This document shows positions 12,640 to 24,844 of a stretch of DNA of 64,000 nucleotides, one piece after another (position 1 is the first letter of the stretch; each line of letters begins with the position of its first letter). Origin of the DNA: Octopus vulgaris (lineage: Eukaryota); contig OX597815.1 of assembly GCA_951406725.2 (NCBI GenBank), positions 35,774,001 through 35,838,000 on the forward strand. Reading direction: 5' to 3'. A program made the position numbers and the translations under genes. The notes under the pieces are model-generated. The model was not told the origin of the DNA, searched no databases, and saw only the letters and a list, made by a program, of their open reading frames with translations.

Positions 12640-12900
12640 ATAAAACAAACAGCTTTGTCAGGCAGCAAAGCAACAGATACGCTGGCAGACAGGAACCACT
12701 CCTTGAGCAGGTAAAAAGACGCAAGCATCTCTGGTACGATCATGTATTCTGGCACAATTCCCTGTCCAAACCATTCTTCAGAGCACAGTTAAGAGATGGT
12801 GAAAGACAGATGGACAGAGAAAGTCCTGGTTTGACAACGTTGGTTACAACACAGCAAGCCTGGAATGCATGATGGAGAAGAGAGACCAGAGATCAGAGAC
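12640..12900 (+). mobile_element. Degenerate RTE-clade LINE C-terminal fragment
   Basis: Translates with frameshifts to VKRRKHLWYDHV..HNSLSK..LQ...GQRKSWFDN, typical of RTE ORF C-termini. Confidence 0.5.
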
Positions 12901-13107
12901 GATGGCTGACCGTGAAAGTGTCTAGACTCTAGACACGCCAGTTGGTGGGGTGTCACTCTAGAGTCTAGAGTGACACCCCACCAACCAGTTGCTTCAGTTA
13001 AGGGATATTGGTGATAATGATGTTGATGACGATACATGTATATATATATATATATTATATTATATTATATAAGTGCAGGAGTGGCGCAAGGGTGGCTTAT
13101 ATAGATG

Positions 13108-13261
13108 TAGGAGTGGGTGTGGGGTGGGAAACTTGCTTGTCAGCCACATGGTTTCTGGTTCAATCCCACCGCATGACACCTTGGGCATGTGTCTTCTGCT
13201 ATAGCCTCGGGCCGACCAAAGCCTTGTGAGTGGATTTGGTAGACGGAAATGAAAGCCCATC

Positions 13262-13296
<35 letters not shown>

Positions 13297-13460
13297 TGTG
13301 TTTGTTCCCCCACCACCGCTTGACAACCGATGTTGATGTGTTTCCGTCGCGTAACTTAGCGGTTCGGAAAAAGAGACTGAGTCCTGGGATCGATTAGTTC
13401 GACTAAAGGTGGTGCTCCAGCATATCTGCAGTCAAATGACTGAAACAAATAAAAGAATAA
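13108..13460 (+). mobile_element. SINE family A copy
   Basis: Same head, CORE-like segment and tail as other family A copies, with an internal (TG)n. Confidence 0.8.
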
Positions 13461-13544
13461 AATAATAAACAAATATATTAATGACTTGTAGGCACACGGT
13501 ATTTCGTTATGCAACCATAATATGCTACAAAGTATCTTAAATAT

Positions 13545-14170
13545 TTATTTTGGTGTTGATGTACTTGACTCAATAGGTCTCCTCAAGCACAGCAGGTCAT
13601 GTGCTACCGGCACAGAAGCCAGTCAAGGCGGTGCTGGCATCAGCCACGTTCGGATGGTGCTTTTTACGTGCCGCCAGCACAGGTATCACAACTACAATTT
13701 CCATTTTATATTTATTTTGATGTTGATGTATTTGACTCAATATGTATGTATGGGTAGTCACCCTACGATCCAAGGTAAGCACAGCAGGTCGTTCTGCAAT
13801 CCAAGGTACTTTGGATGGGCTGGGGCTAAGCGAAACTGGTGCAGGAAGCAGCCATGAACTCACATTATTTGTCGGATCTTTGCAGTCACAGCATATCTCC
13901 AGAGATCTCGATCTTTCGTCATTGCCTCTGTGAGGCCCAATGTTCGAAGGTCATGCTCGACTACCTCATCCCATGTCTTCCTGGGTCTACCTCTCCCCCG
14001 GATACCTTCAACTGTTTGGGAATGGCACTTCTTCACACATCTTTCCTCATCCATCCGCAGTACATGACCATACCAGTGCAAACGTCTCTCTTGCACACCA
14101 CATCTGATGCTTCTTATGTCCAACATTTCTCTCAGGGTGCTTACACTCTGTCGTGTGTGCACACTGACAT
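13545..14170 (-). mobile_element. RTE-clade LINE 3' end (ORF C-terminus plus GC-rich 3'UTR)
   Basis: ORF 13860-14267 contains [25 protein letters not shown]...GRGRPRKTW...DRDLWR. The downstream UTR shares gcac..aaaagcaccatccg motifs with many copies in the window. Confidence 0.85.
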
Positions 14171-14227
14171 TATGTATGTATGTATGTATGTATGTATGTA
14201 TGTATGTATGTATGTATGTATGTATGA

Positions 14228-15657
14228 ATAACTTAGAAAGGTTTTGGCCAGTATTGGCCCAGGCCATGTCTAACTTAATAGCACCACCTGGCGAAGTCTT
14301 TCAATTCAGGATTTGGGCACCAAGGCCCATTCGAGCAGAGAGTTATTGTTTGCGGAGACATATCCGGGTGTGGGTGGTTTGTCCGGGACTGTTTGAAGGA
14401 ATTTGTCCAAAGACTTCTTGAATTTTGTGTGGTCAGTTTCTGTTTTGACGTGTCCTTGTGTAATGTTGAAGAGAGCGGGTCCAATTGAGGTGAAATAATT
14501 GTGCCGTATTGTCGTTATGTGATGCGATTTGGATTTTTGTTGTGGACGGATGGCACGTGGTCCAAGCCTTGGATGTATTTTGAAGGTGATGCCAACATCA
14601 TTCGGACAGTGCTGATGGAATATTTTCCACATCATACAGATAATGTAGCGTTCACGGCGTCGTTGGAGTGAATACAGTTTCAGCTTCTCTAGTCTACCCC
14701 AGTAGTCAAGGTCTGACATGCCATCTATCTTTTTTGTGACTGACCTTTGGGGAGCTTCAATTCTCATAATATTTTGTTTTGTGTAGGGAGACCACAGTGG
14801 ACAGCAGTATTCAAGGTGGGTCGGGCAAAAGTGGAGAAGAGAAGGATAATAGTGTGGGAATCTCTCGACTGGAAGGTTCTGAGAATCCAGGAACACATTC
14901 TGCGGGCCATGTCAACTTTGCTGCTTATATGTGTAGCCCAGCTTATGTTGTTGTCCACTGTTACTCCCAAGTCTCTGATGTTGTTGGACGCCATAAGAAT
15001 TTCTCCAGAAGGAAGGGAGTATGGGAGTTTCAGAGCGTCCTCCCTTCCAAAGTGGATCAGTTCGAATTTGTCTTCGTTTAGCAACATGTTGTTCTTTTCC
15101 GCCCGTTGGACAACACCCAGTAGGTCTGACTGAAGGCTTATTCGGTCATCCACGCCATTGATGACCTTCTGGAGCTTGGAGTCATCAGCGAAGGTTCTGA
15201 TGTTACTGTGTTTGATGGTGTCAGTAATATCATTTATGTAGATGATGAAGAGAAGTGGGCCCAACACAGTGCCTTTTAGGACACCACTGCTGACTTTGGC
15301 TGGGCTGGATTTGACTCCTTCGACTACAACATGTTGGGTTCTGTTAGACAGGAAGCACTTGATCCACTGCAGCAGCTTTCCAGTGACACCAATATTGGAC
15401 AGCTTTCTCAAAAGGATCTTATGATCAACCCTGTCAAAGGCCTTGCTGAAATCAAGGTAGATGACATCAGTGTTGGAACCATCTCCCAAGGCTCTCAAAA
15501 TGTCATCAAAATGATGCAGTAGCTGCGTCAGGCAATCTCTTCCATTACGGAATCCATGCTGGTTGGAGTTCAGCATATTATGACTCTCAAGGAAGTGAGT
15601 CATACGCGATCTCAGCACTCTCTCAAATACCTTAATGATATGAGAGGTGAGTGACAT
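14228..15657 (-). mobile_element. 5'-truncated CR1/L2-group LINE (reverse transcriptase pseudogene) with (CATA)n tail
   Basis: QHGFR, YLDFSKAFDRVDH, GV(LK)GTVLGPLLF, FADD, then after a frameshift P.HLEYCCPLWSP and SLQRRRER. Confidence 0.92.
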
Positions 15658-16237
15658 ACATGTATGTATGTATGTATGTATGTATGGGTGTATGTATGCA
15701 TGTGTGTGTATGTCATTATTCAGTTTATTTCAAGATTTCTTGCCAATAGAAAAAGAACCAGTTTCTAACCTAGATCCAAGGCTCCTTCATTGGAATTTCA
15801 ACATCAACAACATGGTATTTTTGTATGTATGTATGTATGTACGTATGTATGTACGTATGTATGTATGTATGTATGTATGTATATATGCATGCATGTATGC
15901 TTGTATGTATGTATGTATGTATGTATGTATGTATGTATGTATGTATGTATGTATGTATGTATGTATGTATGTATAGATTTGTATGTTTTATGTATGTATT
16001 CTTATGCATATAGTTGCATATCTAGACATGCTCATATATATTTAAATGATAAACTTCTGGAAAGTTTTACAGATTCTTATAGTTCCAGTGATGGATTGAA
16101 TCTGTAGTCTTTGCATTAGCTTTCTCCTTTCTGGTCTTGAGAAGCCTAATTTCTCAAGATTGGTATTTAGGCAGTGTGTTACATATCCCAAGGTCCCAAT
16201 AATTAATTACAAGTATAAACCTGAACTTGTAATCTGA

Positions 16238-16268
<31 letters not shown>

Positions 16269-16517
16269 TGTATGTATGTATGTATGTATGTATGTATGTA
16301 TGTATGTGTGTATGTATGGATGTATGTATGTATGGATGTATGTATGTATGTATATGTATGTATGTATGTATTTATGTATGTATTGTATGTATGTGTATGT
16401 ATGTATGTATGTATGTATGTATGTATGTACGCATGTATGTATGTATGTATGTATGTATGTGTATGTATGGATGTATGTATGTATGTGTGTGTATGCATGT
16501 ATGTATGTATGTATGTA

Positions 16518-16552
<35 letters not shown>
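15655..16552. repeat. Large (TATG)n/(TG)n microsatellite field
   Basis: Directly visible; produces the MYVC/HTYI ORFs. Confidence 0.9.
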
Positions 16553-16553
<1 letters not shown>

Positions 16554-18893
16554 GGGAAGAATGGAATACAACCGATCTCAAGAATATTCTTAATCATGGC
16601 TGCGAATAATATAGTAAAACTCATATGTTGAAGGAATGAGATCTTAAATTATGTCAAAATGCTTAAATGCTTACTTAATGTGTGTGGCGGGGTGCGTTCG
16701 CGCAAGGACGTGTGTATATATATGAGCACTCACGCATGAGTGTGTGTGCGTCTGTATGTATATGGATATATCGTGTGTATGTATATGGATATATCGTGTG
16801 AATGTGTGCGCATACGTACAATAACCGTTTCATATGTCATACTGATCAAGATAAGAGACAAACATTATCGTCAGTTTACTTTGCTCCACTCCCACGTACA
16901 ATGTAGTATCCTCTTAACACGCGTGCATCTAATGTTATGTAAATAAAACCCACGCGCAAAGGTAACGTGAACCGCATGTTCAGAGACTGGGATTTGGAAA
17001 GCATGTGGTATACAGCATTCAGCAAGCTGATGCTCACGTGATAGGGTACTCTTTATAAACAAGGACCACTGCCAGTTATTTTCAGTGTTGAAGATATTCG
17101 TAATATCTGTCGTAAGTAACACTTATTTTCCTATTTCTTTATTACCCACAAGGGGCTTCCTACCCTAGTATCTGCTAATGTTTACGTCCCAAATTGTACA
17201 AAACTTACAATCTCTTTTCGGGTATTGCACATCTAGGATTATGTTATCCAATGTGTCCCTTCTTTGTTCAAGACAGAAGCAAGCAAGTTTGGCTCTCTTT
17301 TTTTTCTATATTTTTAGTGAGATTTTGGTTTTGGTTCAATTGTGTGTTTACGTGCGTGTATTCAGACTTTAGTTGCTGTTGTAAACTTCGTGACTATTGA
17401 TTCTGCAGATTATATTCAGCGGTACTTCAGCCAAGATAAACCCGTTTTTTTTTTCTTTTTCCCAGTATAGCACAACAAACAGCACACTCCAAATTTTGGA
17501 ATTCTGCTTTAAGCACCCATATATAACTCCTTAACTTTTTTTAAGATTTTGGAATTTTCAGAAAATTTTTGCGAATTATTATTCTATACACAGAAATTCA
17601 TACGATTATGCAAGAAAAAAGAAAATGACCACCTGATACACTCCTTGTTTGTTTGTCCCTTACTTATTGATGTTTTTCAGGCGGACCTGGCGCACAGTCA
17701 CCCCTCCCCCACACCTAAACTGACCTTTCCGATTTTTTTTTTACCGGGTTCCTATGTTTTTGATGGTAGATTCCAGAAAGACTTCTGTCCCCCGCCCCCA
17801 TTTTCTCCCAAATTTGTTTATTTTTAAAAAACGTTTTGCCAAAAACCCCATTTTCGGATACGGAGTTTCCGAAAAATTGCCAAAAGTCGGCATTGTTAAA
17901 TTTCCCCTCTCCCTTCTCCCCCCACCAAATTCTTCAATTTTGACTTTTTTTTCCCCAACACTAATCCTAACCGTAACTACAGAAATGCTTTTAAATTTTT
18001 GTTCGAATATGTCCGTATTTTGCTGCATATTTAGAAAAAAAATTCTTTAAAAAAATGTTACAAAAATGTTTTTGATTAACCCCAACATAATACTGCAAAT
18101 TTAGTCACTGGCTTAGTACCTATGTTTGTATTCTTCATTCCAAAATAATGAAAACTTTAACATAAAACTTTAGCATAATAGGTGCAGGAGTGGCTGTGTG
18201 GTGAGAAACTTGCTTCCCAACTATGTGGTTCTGTGTACAGTACCACTATGTGGCACCTTGGACAAGTGTCTTCCACTATAGCCTCAGAGCAATCAAAGCC
18301 TTGTGAGTGGATTTGGTTTACGGAAACTGAAAGAAGCCCGTCATCTGTATATATATGTGGGGGGGGGGGGGGTATTTGTGTGTGTGTGTGTTTCAACATA
18401 TTGACAATGCAACACAGACCATACTCGAATGGTGTTTTTTACATGCCACCAGCACAGGAACCAGTCCAGCAGCACTGGCATCGGCTGCCAATCCCAAACT
18501 AGGGAATGGAGTAGATGAAATCCAGGTTCCATATATAGCCTGGGTATTGAGTTGGATATATGGGTTGTATATATCAGTCATATATGGTTTGTTTGTTTTT
18601 TCTACATTTTAATCCTATGCAGTATTTCTTTTATGTGAAATTCAAAGTTCCCAAACCTGTTCTAATCACTTGATCATTTTCTAGCCTGAATTTTATCTAC
18701 TCCATTCCCTAACTGGATTTTTATTTCCATAAACAGCAACCTCAGTTGCTAACCGTAAACTATAAAATAGCTTTTTGCAGTTTATCAAACTTTGATACGG
18801 GAAAACTGTACAATAAATCACTATTGTTCCTGAAAGTTGGTTTTTATACCTTCAAACTTCCTACATCTTGATCCTTGGATATTACCTTTACAT

Positions 18894-18934
<41 letters not shown>

Positions 18935-19099
18935 TGTGTGTGTGCGCGCATGTGTGTGTGTGTACATAAATATTAGAAAACATGATAACTAAAGTTTATA
19001 CTATTTGTTTCCTATGCACATTTTGCTATTGTGGCTATTTTCATCCTCTGCAGTGGGTGTTGATGGTGCATTTAGATGCAGATCTACAAAGGTTCTTGA

Positions 19100-19368
19100 A
19101 ACACCATGCCAGCCTCATCTGGCCCCCGTGCCGGTGGCAGGTAAAAAGCACCATCCGATCGTGGCTGTTTGCCAGCCTCGTCTGGCACCTGTGCAGGTGG
19201 CACATAAAAAGCACCCACTACACTCACGGAGTGGTTGGCGTTAGGAAGGGCATCCAGCTGTAGAAACACTGCCAGATCAGACTGGGCCTGGTGCAGCCTT
19301 CTGGCTTCCCAGACCCCAGTTGAACCGTCCAACCCATGCTAGCATGGAAAATGGACGTTAAACGATGA

Positions 19369-19372
<4 letters not shown>
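19100..19372 (+). mobile_element. RTE LINE 3'UTR fragment with (GAT)n tail
   Basis: ggagtggttggcgttaggaagggcatccagctgtag...ggacgttaaacgatgatg. Copies also at 22988-23172(+), 29900-30200(-), 60045-60365(+) and 60675-60890(-). Confidence 0.8.
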
Positions 19373-19404
<32 letters not shown>

Positions 19405-20628
19405 GTTTGTATGTGCATTAAAGCACTTAAATAATTTTCAAGTGCTTGCAGGAGTTTAATTTGAAAGAATGGTGCATGCTCGATGAAAATGTGAGCTAAG
19501 TTCAAAATGATCAGGTGATTAGGGCAGGTTTGGGAACTTTGAATTTCACACAAAAGAAATGCTGTATAAGATTAGAATGTATGAAAAAAAAAAGAAAAAT
19601 GGTAAATGACTGTTATATCCAACCCATAATGGTATAGTAAATGAATGTTAAAGTAATGATTATGGTAATGAAAGAAAGACATTTATTTGTGTTTAAATCA
19701 GTTGACAACACAAATATTTAATTTGATCAAAAATGTTTAATCTCTTTATTTAACAAAAATCTTTTTATTTTCAGTTTGGATTAATTTCTTGTGTGTGCAT
19801 GAAACTATTATTAGAAAGAAAGATGCCTAAAGAGATCAGCATTCAGAATCCTATTGAAATAAACACAAGGTATGTGAAATTACAAGTTTCTTTGTTAAAT
19901 GCTGAGTTCACCTATGTAAGATATTGGTAGTCTGTTAATCCTATCTCATCAAACATTTCAAAATTTTCAGCTTGATGAAAGTATTCATAATGTTTAACAC
20001 ATATAATTAGCCATTTTAACTCTTAGTTCTTATAAACTCTTAGTTCTTATAAATTAGATGGTATTATTAAAGTTTTATTGGCAGCACAGTGTTAATATTT
20101 AGGTGTAAATTCCAAACCAAATATTGTCAGCCCTTTAAAGTTTATAGCTGTTGGAATCCATTATATCCTAACACTACCTGACCTTACCTTCTTTCTGTGT
20201 TTATGCCTTGGATTCAAATTGTGAAAAATAGTATTTCTGATAAATCAAATGTCATCATTACAAGGAAAAGGTCATGAAATTTATGGGTGCAAAATTCTAC
20301 AAAAGGCACCAGGTTACATACACACACAAACACAAACATATTGACACATAAACAAATGCTTTTTCTTGCAAACAAACCAAATCTAAAATAGAAATTTTAG
20401 ATATGATTCAAACTTCTACATTCAGAATTCTCAGTTCTCATTCATACAAAGTGATTTGATCCTAGAAAGTTCCTTCTTAAGGTACCTTATTATATATTAA
20501 CTCACTTAACCTTTTACATTAATTTCTTTTAAAATGGCACAAGGCCCTTTTTTCAGCAAGGAAGGGGAAAAAAATAAGGAAAGGTACTTTCCTGGTCAAT
20601 CACATCAATCTTATCTATTCCTAGATAA

Positions 20629-20859
20629 GGCGGCGAGCTGGCAGAAGCTTTAGCATGCCGGGCGAAATGCATAGCTGTATTTCGTCTGCCGCTACGTTGT
20701 GAGTTCAAATTCTGCCGAGGTCGACTTTGCCTTTCATCCTTTCGGGGTCGATAAATTAAGTACCAGTTACTCACTGGGGTAGATGTAATCGACTTTATCC
20801 CTTTGTCTGTCCTTGTTTGTCCCCTCTATGTTTAGCCCCTTGTGAGCAATAAAGAAATA
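20629..20859 (+). mobile_element. Full-length SINE family B with 16-bp TSD
   Basis: atcttatctattccta at 20608-20623 and 20859-20874. Confidence 0.92.
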
Positions 20860-21066
20860 TCTTATCTATTCCTACCACTTTTCTGATTCAAGAAGCCCCT
20901 TTCCATGATTTAGGATTAATGTCTTTCCTCTTAGCAAAACAGTAATATAATTAATAAAATAACATTTAAAATGCTAGGAATAATCTATATATAAAAAATA
21001 TTAAACCTATTAACTTCTACCAAACATCATTTATGATTCATATGTATCAATAATGTGATTCAAAAA

Positions 21067-21579
21067 CCATAAATCCTCAAGTATAATCCACATTTTTTTC
21101 CCAAAATTTAAAGGTCAAAATCCCTAGTGCTTACTATATACGAGGTTAAAAATGAAAAATATTTTCTAAGCAATGTCTGAGTCTCTATTTGCTGTCCAGT
21201 AATATTTATTCAGACGAATTTTGTGATGTCGGGCGCGAAAATACCATAAGCTAAGCCTGAAAGCAATGAAGTCATAAAAGAATCATCCATAACTTGCAGT
21301 AAGCAACATTTATTAAACGTTATTACTGTTATTTCTTTATTTTCTGCAAACAAAATGGACAAAAAAGCTACACGTTTGCATTATGTTATATATATACAAT
21401 AATAATAAGGACATTACTGTATACATTTTTACAAACCAAGGACGTTATATAGACCTCCTTGACTCAAGTTAGAGAAGGGAGGCATATTATACACAAGGTT
21501 TAGGTTTTTCAGAGGTACAGCCCCCTAAAAATCCTCTGCGTATTATACTCAAGGGCGGACTATACTCGAGGATTTACGG
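21067..21579. mobile_element. Tc1/mariner-superfamily (Tigger/pogo-like) MITE
   Basis: 23-bp imperfect TIRs: ccataaatcctcaagtataatcc versus ggactatactcgaggatttacgg, followed by TA. Confidence 0.7.
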
Positions 21580-22054
21580 TATGTATGCTACTATTAAAAA
21601 TTTTTATTTTCACTTTTTTTCTTTTTTCTCCACTAGAGTGAGTCCTAATAAGAAGATAGAATGGACGAACAAAGTCAACCAAATCTCTATACGCACAGAA
21701 CAAACAGAAGATAGCAGCAACAATAATGGTTGGGGGCCGTTGTTTAAAAACAAGGCACATTTTGTTGACTTACATGTGTGCTAAACAACAATGCATGTTA
21801 ATGACAAGATCTGAATTTTACCTATTGCAAAGTTACTTAAGAATCCATTTACTAAGAAAACAATTCATGCAGTTATAAAGACAAAGTATGAAAGATGGGA
21901 AGAAAGAAGTAAAGATGGAAGAATGATATTAAATTGAATCAACCAACTTGTAATAAATAGTCTGTTGTCTGGGTTGAATGTCATTTAGCAGCATCATTTC
22001 AATAAGAGATTTGACATTTTACCCACCTGAATCGATAGAGACTTGGATTCAGAA

Positions 22055-22287
22055 GGCTGCGAGCTGGCAGTAACGTTAGCACACCAGGCGAGATGCTTAG
22101 CGGTATTTCGTCTGCTGTTACGTTCTGAGTTCAAATTCCGCCGAGGTCAACTTTGCCTTTCATCCTTTCGAGGGTCGATAAATTAAGTACCAGTTATGCA
22201 CTGGGGTCGATATAATCGACTTAATCCCTTTGTCTGTCCTTGTTTGTCCCCTCTATGTTTAGCTCCTTGTGGGCAATAAAGAAATAA
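22055..22287 (+). mobile_element. Full-length SINE family B with TSD
   Basis: Flanked by aga(g/a)acttggattcag direct repeats (22037 and 22287). Confidence 0.9.
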
Positions 22288-22486
22288 GAAACTTGGATTC
22301 AGTTTGATAAAACATCAAGGTTCATTGAAGAACTTTATTTGTTACAAACCTCAACCAATTTTCATGGTTCATCAACTGGTAGTCCAGCATCCTAACCATT
22401 TAGATTTCATCAATTTAGAACAAATATTTTCACTTACAGAATGAATAAAATAAAATATTTCATAAAGCTTGTTTATTTTTGTTTTA

Positions 22487-22882
22487 TACTCTTTTACTCT
22501 TTTACTTGTTTCAGTCATTTGACTGCGGCCATGCTGGAGCACCGCCTTTAGTCGAGCAACTCGACCCCGGGACTTATTCTTTGTAAGCCCAGTACTTATT
22601 CTATCGGTCTCTTTTGCCGAACCGCTAAGTTACGGGGACGTAAACACACCAGCATCGGTTGTCAAGCAATACTAGGGGTACAAACACAGACACACAAACA
22701 CATACATACACATATATATATACATATATACGACAGGCTTCTTTCAGTTTCCGTCTACCAAATCCACTCACAAGGCATTGGTCGGCCCGGGGCTATAGCA
22801 GAAGACAGTTGCCCAAGATGCCACGCAGTGGGACTGAACCCGGAACCATGTGGTTGGTTAGCAAGCTACTTACCACACAGCC
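22487..22882 (-). mobile_element. SINE family A copy
   Basis: Reverse complement of the family A consensus, with (tactctt)n tail on the plus strand. Confidence 0.88.
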
Positions 22883-24081
22883 AATGATTAAAGATGTATG
22901 AATGTGTTGTGAATAATGTGTTTGCATTTGTGTGTGTGTGTGTGTGTGCATGCATGTGTGTGCTTGTCGCTGCTTGTATTCTTTGTACCTGTGCCGGTGG
23001 CATGTAAAAAGCACCAACTACACTCACGGAGTGGTTGGCGTTAGGAAGGACATCCAGCCGTAGAAACATTGCCAGATCAGACTGGGCCTGATGCAGCCTT
23101 CTGACCTCCCAGACCCCAGTTGAACCGTCCAACCCATGCTAGCATGGAAAGCGGACGCTAAATGATGATGAGTACATGACTATATGTGTATATTTAATAT
23201 GTTGCTTGTGTGTATCATGAAGGCTTGTAGTAATAGTTGTGCGTTGTTAGTGTTTGGTAGGAATTCCATAAGATGTACCCAGTGCAAGCTATGGGCACAT
23301 AAGAGGTGCAGCAAGAGGAACACTGTTAAGCCATAATCTGTGAAAAAAATCAGGCATGGTTGATTATTTGGGGGGAGTGGGGAAGAGGTTTTAACCAACC
23401 CTTGTGAAATAAAGTACAGATAACAATCTTCTGTCAAAAGCACAGTGAAATAGTACATTGCTAGGGGACACATAAGGGTTGGCATTAAGGACATCCAGCT
23501 ATAGAACTTCTGCCTCATCAAATTCCACTTGACTATTCATGCATGGAAAAGTAGATGTTAAAAAAATTATGGTGATGATGATGATGATGTGCATCACTCT
23601 CCTCTCTCAGCATTTCTGATCAAATGGAGAATCAATCTACACATCTAAAACCTGCATTCAAATTTTGAAGGGCCTACAAATTTTTTTTCTATCTTTGTAT
23701 TGTCATCATCATCATCATTTGTTATATGTAGTGATCCAAGACCACAAAGGTTTACGTCATCTATTATTTCCTATTGTGCATGGCCTTCATATGTACTAAC
23801 CTAAATTAGTCATTGATAATCTGCAGTACATTGTAAATATGATAACAAGAAAAGAAGTTAATCCTATGGATTAGAGCAGATACTGGGAAACCATTTTGTA
23901 ATGAAAGACCATATTAAAGTTAACTGCCCCCTGACAAAGCCATTTTTCATGATAATTTTTACACTGCAAAACCTATTATTTTATAACAATTATTTATAAA
24001 TTATATTTTATAGATCTTATAAACTATAATTATATTTTATATAATTATTCATAAAAACAAAAATTCAACAAAATAGGTGGA

Positions 24082-24475
24082 AGCATGGCTGTGTGGCAAG
24101 AAGTTTGCTTCCCAACCACATGGTTCTGGGTTCAGTCCCACTGCATGGCACCATGAGTGAGCAAGTGTATCCTACTATAGTTCCAGTCTGACCACAGCCT
24201 TGTGAGTGGATTCGGTGGAAAGAAACTGAAAGAAGCCCATCATGTATGAGTGTGTCTGTATTTTTGTATCTGTTCATCCCCTGTCACCACTTGACAACCA
24301 GTGTTGGTGTGTTTACAACCCTGTAACTTAGCAGTTTGGCGAAAGAGATTGATAGAATAAGTACCAAACTTAGAGAAAAAAATAAGTATAGGAGTTGATT
24401 CATTCTACTAAAATTCTTCAAGGTGGTGCCCCAGCATGGCCTCACTCTAATGACTGAAACAAGTAAAAGATAAAA
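24082..24475 (+). mobile_element. Older SINE family A copy
   Basis: Diverged head, CORE-like segment and tail. Confidence 0.8.
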
Positions 24476-24623
24476 AATGTAAAAAAAAGGTGAAAGCACA
24501 GAATTCTTTTGCTTTTTTATTTTTTGAAAAGTTTTGCATTCTAAATGCAGTATTTATACTAAATGTAAATAAAAAATGTAAATGTTTCAAAACTTCATAT
24601 TTAATTGAAAAGACAAGCTTTAA

Positions 24624-24844
24624 CCCTTTAGCATTTAAACCGGCCATATCCGGCCAAAAGTATTCTGCCTGTTTTATGTTCAAACTGGCCAGATCTGGTC
24701 TCTCACACCAACCCTACAATATCGTTTTAAAAATTAACAGCTACCTCATCAAAATCTCATAGCTACAAGATAATGCATGATTAGTTCAAAACAATGTGGA
24801 TAAAAAAGGATTAATTTTGGCAGAATAATGCGAACACTAAAGGG
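24624..24844. mobile_element. piggyBac-like MITE (221 bp)
   Basis: TTAA|CCCTTTAGCATT ... AACACTAAAGGG|TTAA, giving TIRs plus a TTAA TSD. Confidence 0.8.

Larger units (their letters stand above)
16880..21957 (+). other. Candidate 3-exon transcript (non-coding exon ending 17111; exon 19775-19869; exon from 21637) with a 72-aa small ORF or lncRNA status
   Basis: Donor c|gtaagt at 17112. Acceptor ctttttattttcag| at 19775 and donor ag|gtatgt at 19870. Long polypyrimidine acceptor ...ttctccactag| at 21637. Splice phases join an ORF (ATG 19799 to TAA 21784). AATAAA at 21952. No known homology. Confidence 0.35.
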
